A DNA stretch of 7,543 nt from a virus (lineage: Duplodnaviria; Heunggongvirae; Uroviricota; Caudoviricetes), in IMG/VR virus record IMGVR_UViG_2706794685_000002. One strand, given 5' to 3'. Numbering within the stretch: position 1 is the stretch's first letter; the number at the start of each line of letters is the position of its first letter. The translations under genes and the position numbers were made by a program. The notes below the pieces were generated by a model that worked only from the letters and a program-made list of their open reading frames with translations, was not told the origin of the DNA and made no database searches. Shown piece by piece: positions 7,419 through 7,543 of this stretch.

Positions 7419-7543
7419 TGAGGTAGCCTGAGTTTAACGGACACTCCTTCCTGAAATAGAATGGCATCAGAAGGAGCTAATAATGAGCAGAAAAACCCAA
7501 CGTTACTCTAAAGAGTTCAAAGCCGAAGCTGTCAGAACGGTTC
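7419..7543 (+). mobile_element. IS3-family insertion sequence, left end (IS600-like), partial
   Basis: Begins with TG (7419-7420). GGACAC occupies positions 21-26 from the end, as in the IS3 left inverted repeat. The orfA ATG lies 65 nt inside, preceded by AAGGAG. The element continues beyond the window. Confidence 0.7.
7483..7543 (+). CDS. IS3-family transposase OrfA, N-terminal part (partial, runs off the window)
   Basis: ATG at 7483 with AAGGAG 7 nt upstream. Translation MSRKTQRYSKEFKAEAVRTV carries the (F/Y)SxEFKxEAV helix-turn-helix N-terminal signature of IS3-family OrfA; I recall this exact start from IS600. Confidence 0.7.
   Translation, partial: MSRKTQRYSKEFKAEAVRTV

Noticed and set aside
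7419-7444. N-terminal extension of the H fragment ORF (VSVKLRLPQ... from the GTG at 7444)
   Set aside because: These codons lie within the IS3-like inverted repeat, so they are read-through of IS sequence, not part of H.
1-7543. CRISPR arrays, tRNA/rRNA genes, integrase or attachment site, recognisable anti-phage defence cassette
   Set aside because: I saw no regularly spaced direct repeats, no tRNA-like structure and no unassigned ORF of plausible size; the window is almost fully occupied by the tail-tip genes, lom and the IS end.

Overview
This window is the reverse complement of a lambda-like phage tail-tip module, with every phage gene on the minus strand. Reading right to left: a C-terminal fragment of the tape-measure gene H (cut off by an insertion sequence), then M, L, K, I, the large host-specificity gene J (interrupted by a 331-nt run of N), the outer-membrane moron lom, and a truncated N-terminal remnant of the side tail fibre gene stf. 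The right edge (7419 onward) is the left end of an IS3-family element (IS600-like) with the start of its orfA transposase on the plus strand. Two hairpin-plus-T-tract terminators flank lom on the minus strand. The picture is a degraded, probably defective lambdoid prophage of an enterobacterial host (E. coli/Shigella type) that keeps an intact M-L-K-I-J-lom block. I found no CRISPR array, tRNA/rRNA or recognisable defence system; the points worth a second look are the IS disruption of H, the unresolved gap in J, the J receptor-binding end, the long two-domain form of K, and the terminators around lom. All protein identifications rest on reading the supplied translations against remembered lambda sequences; no database search was run.
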